DNA of 64,000 nt from Candidatus Sericytochromatia bacterium. GTDB lineage: Bacteria > Cyanobacteriota > Sericytochromatia > S15B-MN24 > UBA4093. This document shows positions 38,741-47,008 of this stretch, in pieces; positions within the stretch are counted from its first letter, which is position 1, and each line of letters begins with the position of its first letter. The stretch is taken from contig JAKFBU010000030.1 of NCBI GenBank assembly GCA_036676985.1, positions 7,166-71,165 of the forward strand. The letters are read 5' to 3'. Made by a program: the position numbers and the translations under genes. The notes below the pieces were generated by a model, which saw nothing but the letters and a program-made list of their open reading frames with translations, made no database searches and was not told where the DNA came from.

Positions 38741-38778
38741 GGACGATTACCTTTCTGGGGTCTAGGAGTGCGGCTCCG

Positions 38779-40575
38779 TCAGCGGGGCCCCAGCCGCTTC
38801 AGGCTGCCGTCGAGATACAGCGCGCGGCAGGCGCTGCGCTGGATCTTGCCGCTGGAGGTCTTGGGGATCGAGGTCGCCTGGATCAGGACCACCTCATGGG
38901 GCATCAGCTCGTGGTGCTCGGCGACGGCCTGCCGGATGACGCCGTGCACCTCATCGGCCTCGAGGCGGGACTCGGCCAGCTCAAAGCTGTCCAACCGGTC
39001 CTCCATGGCCCGCAGGTTTCCCTCGGTCTGAAGCGAGCGCTCGGACTGGTAACGCCGCTCGACCTCGGCGACCACCACCAGCCGCTCCTCACCCGCCACC
39101 TCGACGGAGAAGGCCGCCGTGCAGCCCTGACGGATGGAGGGGTGCGCCTCTTCAGCGGTCCGTTCGATGTCCTGGGGATAGTGGTTGCGTCCCCGGATGA
39201 TGATGAGGTCTTTGAGGCGCCCCGTGATGAAGAGCTGGCCTTCCTGCAGGAAGCCGAGATCGCCGGTCCGCAGGTAGGGCCCGGCACCGGTGTCGGCCAC
39301 ATGGGCCCCGAAGGTCTGGGCGGAGGCGTCCGGCCGGTTCCAGTAGCCGCGCGCCACGCTCGGCCCCGACAGCCAGATCTCGCCCACCCGATCGGGCGGG
39401 CACTCGCATCCCGTCTCGGGATCGACGATGAGGACGTGCTGGTCATGCCAGGTCGTGCCGTTACCGACCAGCCGCTTGGTGTCCTCCGACGTCAGGGGAG
39501 GCGCGACCAGACCTTGCGACAGCAGCGACTCCGAGACCTCGATCATGGTCGGCATCGGGCCGATTTTCTGGGACGTCACGAAGACCGTGCCCTCGGCCAG
39601 CCCGTAGCCCGCGCGCAAGGCCTCCTTTCGGAAGCCGCTCGGGGCCATGGCGGCCGCGAAGCGCTCTAGGGTGTCGGCCCGCACCGGCTCGGCAGCGTTG
39701 CCGGCGAGCCGCCAGGCGCTCAGGTCCAGCTGCTCGACTAGCTCCGGCTTGAGGCGCCGGAGGCACAGCTCGTAAGCGAAGTTCGGCGCCACCGAGTGGG
39801 TCGCCCGGTAGCGCGACAGGGCCTGGAGCCACCGCATGGGCCGCTGGATGAAGGCGACGGGGGCCATCAGCACGCAATGGCTGCCGACGTACATGGCGTG
39901 CAGCATGCCCAAGATCAACCCCATGTCGTGGAAGAGCGGCAGCCAGCTGACCCACACCGACTCGGGGGTGGTCTCGAAGGCCGCATGCATCATCTGCTCG
40001 TTGTGCAGGAGGTTGCCGTGGCTGACCATCACGCCCTTGGGGAGGCCCGTGGATCCCGAGGTGTACTGCAGGAAGGCCAGGTCGTCTCCGTCGAGGGCCG
40101 GACCGTGCCACTCCAGTCCCTCGGCGGGCGGCAGATCGTCGGTGGCGAGGATCGCAAGGTCCGTCAGCTCGGGGAATCCCTGGATCAGCGGCCGGTGCTT
40201 GTCGAGCGTCAACGCGACGGTCGCCTGGGCGTCCTGGGCGATCGCGGCCAGGCGCGCGCCGTCGCGGTTCTGCTTGGGGGGGTAGACCGGCACGGCCACC
40301 ACCCCGGCATAGCAGCAGCCCATGAACGCCGCGACGAAGTCCAGGCCCGCCGGGTAGAGGAGCATGGCCCGATCGCCCACCGCAAGGCGCTCTTGCAGGG
40401 TCAGGGCGATCGCGCGCGCCCGGGCGTCCAGCTGCCCGAAGGTGAGCGTCTCGGTCGTGGCGTCGCCGTCGATCAAGAACGTGTAAGCAAGCCGATCGGG
40501 CTCATGAACGGCGCGCCAGCGCAGAACGTCGACCAGCGTGCGCACCGCGGTGGGCACCGGTGCCTGAAGTTGCAA
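38779..40575 (-). CDS. Fatty acyl-AMP ligase (FAAL)
   Basis: 598 aa, TTG start with a GGGAGG RBS. LQYTSGSTGLPKGVMVSHGNLLHNE, YGLAEGT, TGDLGF and RGRNHYPQDIE are typical of FadD32/FAAL-type enzymes that load ACPs. Confidence 0.88.
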   Translation of the reverse strand: MQLQAPVPTAVRTLVDVLRWRAVHEPDRLAYTFLIDGDATTETLTFGQLDARARAIALTLQERLAVGDRAMLLYPAGLDFVAAFMGCCYAGVVAVPVYPPKQNRDGARLAAIAQDAQATVALTLDKHRPLIQGFPELTDLAILATDDLPPAEGLEWHGPALDGDDLAFLQYTSGSTGLPKGVMVSHGNLLHNEQMMHAAFETTPESVWVSWLPLFHDMGLILGMLHAMYVGSHCVLMAPVAFIQRPMRWLQALSRYRATHSVAPNFAYELCLRRLKPELVEQLDLSAWRLAGNAAEPVRADTLERFAAAMAPSGFRKEALRAGYGLAEGTVFVTSQKIGPMPTMIEVSESLLSQGLVAPPLTSEDTKRLVGNGTTWHDQHVLIVDPETGCECPPDRVGEIWLSGPSVARGYWNRPDASAQTFGAHVADTGAGPYLRTGDLGFLQEGQLFITGRLKDLIIIRGRNHYPQDIERTAEEAHPSIRQGCTAAFSVEVAGEERLVVVAEVERRYQSERSLQTEGNLRAMEDRLDSFELAESRLEADEVHGVIRQAVAEHHELMPHEVVLIQATSIPKTSSGKIQRSACRALYLDGSLKRLGPR

Positions 40576-40602
40576 TCCTACCTCCCGGGGGCTCCAGCCC
40601 CC

Positions 40603-43600
40603 CTACTTGATGCTCAGCGCGGCCATCGCTCCACCCAGGAGCTGGGCGCAGGTTTCGATATGAGGGACGTCGGTCTCGCTCAAGGGGGTCTCCGTCCCCC
40701 GGCGGACGCAGTACAGCGCTCCCTTGAGGGAACCTTCCCCCTCGATCGGGCATGCGGCGACCCAGGGCGGCATGCCCGCGCTGATCTCGCCACTGCCCAG
40801 CACGCACTTACCCGAGCCGTAGGCCTCGGTCAGGACGGCATGGTCGAGGGAAATCGGCTGCGTCTCCTGCGGAGCGCGCGAGACGCTCAGCGAGATCTCG
40901 TCTCCGATCAGGATCGCGAGATCGTCGAGCCCCAGCTGGGCGGCCCATTCCGTCATCACCGACTTGATGAGGTCCGACGAGGAGCCGCAGGAATGGGCCT
41001 GGAACGTCCGCCGGAGCTCCTCGTCCAGGGTCACGCCCCGGACGGTCTGGCGGGAAGCGGTCTGGGACCACAGGGCCGAGACCGCCCCGATCAGGTCGTC
41101 GAATCGCTCGACGTCCTCCGGCTCGAAGGTGCCCTCCTGCTTGACGAGGCACAGGGCCCCGACGACCTGCCGATCGACCGCGACGGGCCCGATCAGCACC
41201 GACAGGAACGTGACGTCGAGCTGCGTTCCCTGGCTCTCGGAGGCCTCCTCCGGCAGCTCGACGAAGGTGGTGGCCTTGACCTCCGCGAGGGCCCGCGAGA
41301 CCCAGTCGGCGGGTATCCGCAAAGGAGCGCAGGGGCCCGAGGCGTTGCGGCTGGCCACGGGCGTGGCCTCCGGGGCGACCTCCAGGAGCGTGGCTTCGGA
41401 CGCCTGGAAGTCGGTCATGCCGATTTCCAGGGACGCTTGACGCCAATCGGCAGCCCCCTGGAGCCGCTGGCGCCAGCGAGGCGAGGCCGAGGACTCGGTA
41501 GCCCCCTTCTCGATGGTGCGTTCAAGGCCGTGCTGAAGCTGCTCCAGCTGAAGGGAGACCGGTTTCAACAGGTGGCGGTTCCGGAGCCCGTGGAAGATCG
41601 TTCCGGCGGCACGGAAGGAGGCCCTGGCCTCCTCCGGACGCTGGGTGGCCAGGTAGAGCTCTCCGAGATCCCGCTGGAGGAGTCCTTGCTCGATCAGGTT
41701 GTCCTGCTCGGGGCGGGTCACGATCGCCAGGGCCTGCTCGAACTCCTGGGCGGCCTGCGGATAGTCCCCTTCCTTCAGGGCCAGCTCCCCGAGGCGCCGG
41801 GAGGCGATCGCCGCGTGCAGGGGATTGCGGGCATCGCCTGCCTCGCTGAGCTCCCGGGCTTCGAGGAGGTGCTCGCGCGCCGCGGCGGAGTTCCCGCGGA
41901 CCGTTTCGAGGGCTCCTATGCCGATCAGGGCCTGGATCAGCACCAGCATCAGGTGCTGGTTCCGGGCGCGATCGCGCATGGCCGTGAGCGCGCGGTCCGC
42001 CTCCTCGAGCTGGCCGCGGTCGAGGGCGATGTAGCCGCCGAGGACCCGCAGGCTGAACTCGGCGAACGCATCTTGCTGGACATGGGGATACTGCAAGGCC
42101 TGCTGCACGATGCGGCCGGCCTCCTCCAGCTCGCCGCTCTGCCACAGCACGTAGGCCCGCAGGTAGAAGGCCCACTGATAGGTCGGAGCGTTGATGCGGC
42201 GGCAGGTCTGGCCCATGAGGTCGAGCAGTTGCTCGGTCTCCGCCCGACGCCCCGTGAAGGCGGTCCAGACGCCCTGGCGGGACCAGAAGAAGTTCTTGAA
42301 GGGATGCGCCTGGTAGCGTTCGGCGGCGGCGATCCCGGCCTCCAGCCGCTCGGGATCCGGGCGGATCCCCTGGTAGGCGACGGTCAGCTGGGAGCCGTTG
42401 ATCGCGAACCACGCGGCCACGAAGGCCGGATTCAGCTTGAGGTGCGACTCGTCGAGCAGCCGGGCGGCCTGGGGCCCAAGGCGCAAAACCTCGTCGTAGT
42501 GCCCCGCCGGCCCCAGGCACGTGGCCTCCGCCATGAGCATGCTGCCATCCATCGGCGAGCCGGCAAACATCTTCAAGCGCTTGGCTCGCGCCGCCTTCGC
42601 CATGCCCGTCATCGGGTGCCCGAAGGGGCCGTAGGCGGCACACAACAGGCCGTACGTCGTCACGATCGAGCGGAGCCAGTCCAGGGGCTTGGCGGGCGCG
42701 CAGCCACGAACCCCCTTGAGCCGCTTACGCAGGTGGGGTGTGATCCCGAAGGCCTGGGCCTTCCAGCGGGCCCGATCGAACGTGGGGCGGCGCCGGACCC
42801 GAGCCACCAGCCAGAGAATGGCGTGGGTCCGCTCGACATCCCCCAGGCTCTCCTGGAAGGCGATCAACTTCTCGAGGGCGTAGACCCCGATGGTGGGGAA
42901 CCCGTAGGCGCCGGCAAGACCCATGGCCCCCCAGAGGGCCGCCAGGCGCGGCGCCTTTCCGGGATAATCGAGGGTCAACAGGGTCTCTTCCGCCTGCTTC
43001 CAGTAGCGGATCGCCACCGCGAGCATCGCCCCGGCCCGAGCCTGATCGCCGGCCATGTGCAGGTACTCGTAGGCCTTGACCTTGTCGAGGCCGCGGCTGA
43101 AGTGGTGGGCCAGCTCGTTGGCAAAGGCGGTCCGCTGCTCCCCGTAGCCCTCCTCCAGGTACTCGGCGCACCGCTGGTGGAAGTGCCGGCGATCGTCCTC
43201 CGAGAGGTCGGCGTAGAGCGCCTCGCGCACCCGGTCATGGGCGAAGGAGACATGCGCCCCTTCGCTGACCAGGAACTGCCGCTCGGTCAGCTGGCTCAGG
43301 CCCTCGAAGAAGTCCTCTTCGCCCAGCCCGCTGATGGCCAGGAGCATGCTGCGTTCCTGGTTGCGCCCGATGACCGAGGCCACCTGCGCCAGGCGTCGCG
43401 CCACCTCGGACAGCTGGGAGAGGCGCCGGACGACGGTGGCCTCCACGCTGGTCGGCAGCTGCAGGCCCGCCGCATCCGACGGAAAGTGCCAGACCCCTTC
43501 CTTGAGGACGAGCAAGCCCTCTTCCACCATGTAGCGCAGGACTTCCTTCAGGAAGAAGGCGTTACCGGCCGTGGCCGCGTACAGGAAATCGCTGAACTCC

Positions 43601-45132
43601 GTGCTGATCACCATGTCGTTGAGCATGGCATTGAGCAGCTCCAGGGCCTGCTCCTGGGTGAACGGGCTCAATTGCAGGAGCTCGGTGGCTCCTTCTTCGA
43701 CGGTGTACCAGACCGGGCTGCTCGCGAGCGTCTCGTCGCTGCGCAGGGTCGCCAGGCAAAGGATGGCATGGCCTACTACCTGTCGGATGCAGCGATTGAA
43801 GAGCTCCAGGCTGCTCGGATCGCACCAGTGCACGTCGTCGAGGAAGAGCACGAGCGGGGTACGGGCGGCCACCGACTGCAGCCAGGCGATGACGGACTCG
43901 GAGAGGCGAGCCTTCTCGACATCCCCCGAGCTCGCCGGAGCCGGCTCGATGCCGCGGCCGGCGAGCTCCGGGAGGAGCTTGACCAGAGCCGGGCCGAAGC
44001 GCTGGAGCTCCTCGGGAATGGATAGGGAGATGAGCGGCCTCAGGGCCTGCGCTAGGGGCTCGTAGGGGGCCATACCGCCTTCCAGGCACTGCCCCCGCAG
44101 GACGGGCACGTCGTTGAGCGTGGCCTGGAGGACAAACTCGCTGACCAGGCGGGACTTTCCGACGCCCGCAGGTGCGCCGACGAACAGGGCGGATCCTTGC
44201 CCCGAGCGAATCGAGGTCAGCGCCTTGCCGAGCGTCTCCAGCTCGGCTTCCCGGCCGACCAGGACGCTGCTGTTGAGGTAGCTCTTCTTTTGGTCCAGGG
44301 TCTCGCGGGCGACCTGCAAGGAGGAGAGGTCGGCCAGATCGGCGATCACCTCGGCTGCGGAGCGGTAGCGGAGCTTCTGGTCCTTCTCCAGCAGCTTGAG
44401 GACGATGGCCTCGAGGCGGCGCGGCAAGTCCGGGCGCAGGCTGGAAGGCGGCGCGGGTGGCTCGGAGACGTGCGCCTTGAGGGTATCGACCAAGGAGCCG
44501 CGGAAGGGCAGCCGGCCGGTCAGCATCTGGTAGGCGAGGCAGCCGACGGAATAGAGATCGGAGGAGGCGTCGATCACCCCACCCTTGACGACCTCTGGGG
44601 GCAAATACCCGGGCGTGCCCGTGATCTTGCCGGTGGAGAGGATGCCCAGCCGGTCCATCAGGCCGAAGTCCATGAGCTTGAGGGTGCCGTCGGGCCGGAT
44701 CCGGATGTTCTCGGCCTTGATGTCGCGGTGCGCGAACAGGCGGGAATGGATGAAGCCGAGCGCCTGCAAGAGCTGGATCAGCCAGGGATAGAATTGCTCC
44801 AGCGGCAACGAGGTTCCGGAGATCAGGTCGGTGAGCTCCTGGCCCTCGACGACCTCCATGGTCAGGTACTGGCTGCACTCGTCCGCCTGGCCGTAGTCGA
44901 ACACCTTGAGGGTGTTCGGGTGCTGCAGCTTGGCCATCGCCCGGAACTCTTCCTTGAAGCGCAACTTGAGATCCGAGGTGATGGGGCCGTTGGACCGGAT
45001 CATCTTGAGGGCGAGCTCAGTGTCGCCCTCGAGCTGGTCGACCACGCGGTAGACCTCGCCCATTCCGCCTTTGCCCAGCAAGGCGAGCACTTGGTAGCGA
45101 TTGGCGATCACTTCGTTCTTCAAGTCGGTCAT
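40603..45132 (-). CDS. Multidomain Ser/Thr protein kinase: STK - P-loop NTPase (AAA_16/STAND-like) - TPR-like helical repeats - two C-terminal GAF-like domains
   Basis: About 1509 aa from ATG 45132 (the ORF extends to 45225). Kinase motifs GKGGMGEVYRV, ALKMI, HRDIKAENI, DFGL and GTPGYLPPE. NTPase motifs LVGREAELETL, Walker A GAPAGVGKS and Walker B LVLFLDDVHWCD. A long helical-repeat region follows, then GAF-like C-terminal segments. The stop is 27 nt upstream of the FAAL start on the same strand. Confidence 0.88.
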   Translation of the reverse strand: MTDLKNEVIANRYQVLALLGKGGMGEVYRVVDQLEGDTELALKMIRSNGPITSDLKLRFKEEFRAMAKLQHPNTLKVFDYGQADECSQYLTMEVVEGQELTDLISGTSLPLEQFYPWLIQLLQALGFIHSRLFAHRDIKAENIRIRPDGTLKLMDFGLMDRLGILSTGKITGTPGYLPPEVVKGGVIDASSDLYSVGCLAYQMLTGRLPFRGSLVDTLKAHVSEPPAPPSSLRPDLPRRLEAIVLKLLEKDQKLRYRSAAEVIADLADLSSLQVARETLDQKKSYLNSSVLVGREAELETLGKALTSIRSGQGSALFVGAPAGVGKSRLVSEFVLQATLNDVPVLRGQCLEGGMAPYEPLAQALRPLISLSIPEELQRFGPALVKLLPELAGRGIEPAPASSGDVEKARLSESVIAWLQSVAARTPLVLFLDDVHWCDPSSLELFNRCIRQVVGHAILCLATLRSDETLASSPVWYTVEEGATELLQLSPFTQEQALELLNAMLNDMVISTEFSDFLYAATAGNAFFLKEVLRYMVEEGLLVLKEGVWHFPSDAAGLQLPTSVEATVVRRLSQLSEVARRLAQVASVIGRNQERSMLLAISGLGEEDFFEGLSQLTERQFLVSEGAHVSFAHDRVREALYADLSEDDRRHFHQRCAEYLEEGYGEQRTAFANELAHHFSRGLDKVKAYEYLHMAGDQARAGAMLAVAIRYWKQAEETLLTLDYPGKAPRLAALWGAMGLAGAYGFPTIGVYALEKLIAFQESLGDVERTHAILWLVARVRRRPTFDRARWKAQAFGITPHLRKRLKGVRGCAPAKPLDWLRSIVTTYGLLCAAYGPFGHPMTGMAKAARAKRLKMFAGSPMDGSMLMAEATCLGPAGHYDEVLRLGPQAARLLDESHLKLNPAFVAAWFAINGSQLTVAYQGIRPDPERLEAGIAAAERYQAHPFKNFFWSRQGVWTAFTGRRAETEQLLDLMGQTCRRINAPTYQWAFYLRAYVLWQSGELEEAGRIVQQALQYPHVQQDAFAEFSLRVLGGYIALDRGQLEEADRALTAMRDRARNQHLMLVLIQALIGIGALETVRGNSAAAREHLLEARELSEAGDARNPLHAAIASRRLGELALKEGDYPQAAQEFEQALAIVTRPEQDNLIEQGLLQRDLGELYLATQRPEEARASFRAAGTIFHGLRNRHLLKPVSLQLEQLQHGLERTIEKGATESSASPRWRQRLQGAADWRQASLEIGMTDFQASEATLLEVAPEATPVASRNASGPCAPLRIPADWVSRALAEVKATTFVELPEEASESQGTQLDVTFLSVLIGPVAVDRQVVGALCLVKQEGTFEPEDVERFDDLIGAVSALWSQTASRQTVRGVTLDEELRRTFQAHSCGSSSDLIKSVMTEWAAQLGLDDLAILIGDEISLSVSRAPQETQPISLDHAVLTEAYGSGKCVLGSGEISAGMPPWVAACPIEGEGSLKGALYCVRRGTETPLSETDVPHIETCAQLLGGAMAALSIK

Positions 45133-45266
45133 GGCGTCGATCGTTCTCCTCATCCATCCGCGGAACGCGGCTGTACAGCGCTTGAATGCCTCCGCCGGCT
45201 CATCCGGTATACCCGAAACGAGCAAGGGTTATCCCATGATCCGCCAAGGACCATGGCCCCATCCGT

Positions 45267-45614
45267 TCACGAGCCGCCGCTCCAATGGAACTGCGCCCGC
45301 TGATGGCCACGGCCCGCGACGGCGAGGGCGCTCACGTAGCCCGGTATGGGCGGCAGGTCTTCGAGGCTCCAGGGCCAGGCCTCGGGCATGGCCACTAGAC
45401 GAGCGGGCTCATCGGCCGAGACGCTCACGTCGCAGGCCGCAAGCGACCCTGTCAGCCCGAGGCCGCTGGCTTTTAGCAGGGCCTCGAGATCCAGCCCCAC
45501 CGCGCGATCGCGGCTGAAGGCCATGAGGGCCCGATCGGCCGAATGGAAGAGGTTGAAATGGAGCCCCTCCACCTAGGGCTTTCCTTGGGGCCCCGAAAGG
45601 AACTGGGCCAACTA
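45267..45614 (-). pseudogene. Decayed Sfp-type 4'-phosphopantetheinyl transferase relic
   Basis: One reverse frame reads ...GAR*LAQFLSGPQGKP*VEGLHFNLFHSADRALMAFSRDRAVGLDLEALLKASGLGLTG...PGYVSALAV. The PPTase motifs GKP, FN.SHS and G.D.E are present. Two in-frame TAG stops interrupt them (45612-45614 and 45573-45575). The roughly 40 aa normally found between DxE and the (W..KE)xxxK.G.GL motif are missing, and there is no intact N-terminal half. Confidence 0.6.
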
Positions 45615-45969
45615 ACGGGCGCCTCGGAGTCGGATTCGAGGGGGGAGGGCACGAACATCAGCGGCACGACTCCTGGCGGCGGCAGGTGCGAAAACGAGTG
45701 GGAATAGCGCCCATGGGCTCAAAGATACCCCGAAGCAAGCAGGGTCAAACGGAGCTTCGACCGGCTAAACGGCACGCCACGGGCCCTAGCGGGAAAACAG
45801 GAAGCGCCGCGCCTTCGGCGCAGAATCTGGCGCCATGAGCGGGATCCGGCCGCCCTGTCCTCAACCCACGCTCGTTAGAACCGGGGGGGACGTGGTATGA
45901 GGGAGGCATGCCATTCGCGAGCCGACCGCGCACGTGTTCGATTCAAGGGGCGGATCGCAAGGAGGTTCC

Positions 45970-46275
45970 GTGTTCGCCATCGACTCCCAGGAAACGGAAG
46001 GGACCATGCTCCTCAAACTTTCGGGCGAGCTGGATACTTGGGCGTCCGGAGAGCTGGATGAATACCTGGCCAAGCTGGTCCCCACCCTCCGCAAGAACCT
46101 GGTCATGGACCTGTCGCAGCTCGCGTTCATGAACAGCTCGGGTCTGCGCTCCTTCTTGCGGCTGGACAAGCTGATGAAGGGCGAGGGGATGGCGCTGGTC
46201 ATCGAAGGCGCCTCGCGTTCGGTGTTCAAGGTCTTCCGCTACAGTGGCCTTGATGGCTACTTCACCTTGCGCTGA
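45970..46275 (+). CDS. STAS-domain protein (anti-sigma-factor antagonist type), copy 2
   Basis: LLKLSGELDT...DLSQLAFMNSSGLRSFLRL...VFRYSGLDGYF, with a conserved phosphorylatable Ser (NSSGL). GTG 45970 is preceded by an AAGGAGG RBS. The track ORF starts at 45934. Confidence 0.82.
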   Translation: MFAIDSQETEGTMLLKLSGELDTWASGELDEYLAKLVPTLRKNLVMDLSQLAFMNSSGLRSFLRLDKLMKGEGMALVIEGASRSVFKVFRYSGLDGYFTLR

Positions 46276-46303
46276 AGGGCGTTCACGTTAGAGGGCTCCA
46301 TCG

Positions 46304-47008
46304 ATGAGTGTCTTGCCTGAGAATGCCTCCGCGACCCGGCACGAGTTCGAGCTTGCCTGGCCCACCAACCTGGAGGCCTTCAGCCCCTACCGCCAGAAGG
46401 TGCGGGACTTCTTCGCCTCCCACCTGTACTGGGGAGAGGTGGCCGAGGACATGCTCCTCGGCCTCGACGAGGCCATGACCAATATCGTCCAGCATTCCTA
46501 CGCAGGCATGCCCGATCAGGTCGTCGCGCTGCGCCTGCGGCTGGAGGACTACTCCCCGCAGAACTATTCCGTCCTGACCATGGAGATGCTCGACCAGGGC
46601 TCCGGCGGCCAGGACTACGATCCGTCCCGACACCTCGAGCAGGCGCGCCAGGACCATGCGGCCCAGGAGCACCGGATGGGGTACGGGATCATCTTCCTCC
46701 ACCGCCTGATGGATCGCATTCATTACGAGAGCTCGGAGGCCGGCATGAACCGGTTGGTCCTGCAGAAGTGGTTCTCCAACGGACCGGTCGAGCCGCAATA
46801 TCGGGAGTCCCTGCTCAACGAGCTCCAGGTCCTGGAAGTCCTACCGCCGGTCGAGCCCGAGATGCTGCAGGCGGTGTGCGAGACTTACCCCGACCTCGAG
46901 GTCGGCGAGCAGCTGTTGATCCTGGGTTCCATCTTCGGTTGCGAGCAGGAGGCCATGCGCGCGGCCATCGTCCAGGCTCGCCTCAACCTGTCCGAGCGCG
47001 CCTCCTAG
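46304..47008 (+). CDS. RsbW/SpoIIAB-type anti-sigma-like serine kinase (HATPase_c_2) with ~80-aa C-terminal extension
   Basis: 234 aa. N-box LDEAMTNIVQHSY, G1 LDQGSGG, G2 GYGIIFLHRLMD. The residues after about aa 150 (NGPVEPQYRESLLNELQVLE...IVQARLNLSERAS) match no domain I recognise. Confidence 0.8.
   Translation: MSVLPENASATRHEFELAWPTNLEAFSPYRQKVRDFFASHLYWGEVAEDMLLGLDEAMTNIVQHSYAGMPDQVVALRLRLEDYSPQNYSVLTMEMLDQGSGGQDYDPSRHLEQARQDHAAQEHRMGYGIIFLHRLMDRIHYESSEAGMNRLVLQKWFSNGPVEPQYRESLLNELQVLEVLPPVEPEMLQAVCETYPDLEVGEQLLILGSIFGCEQEAMRAAIVQARLNLSERAS

Noticed and set aside
31898-40575. Considered calling the FAAL-ACP-PKS an olefin synthase (Ols-type) or a heterocyst-glycolipid-type cluster
   Set aside because: There is no sulfotransferase or thioesterase end domain and no glycosyltransferase or additional PKS modules. 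The terminal domain has SDR reductase motifs (TGxxGxxG, YxxxK) instead.
39796-44025. 1409-aa ORF on the + strand
   Set aside because: It is antisense to the FAAL and the multidomain kinase, both of which have clear catalytic motifs. No motifs are present and it has GC-artefact composition.
45473-45667. 64-aa ORF on the - strand upstream of the PPTase-like ORF
   Set aside because: It is a different frame of the same decayed PPTase region. The PPTase-like residues (GPQGKP) are in the frame interrupted by TAG codons, so this ORF is a by-product, not a gene.
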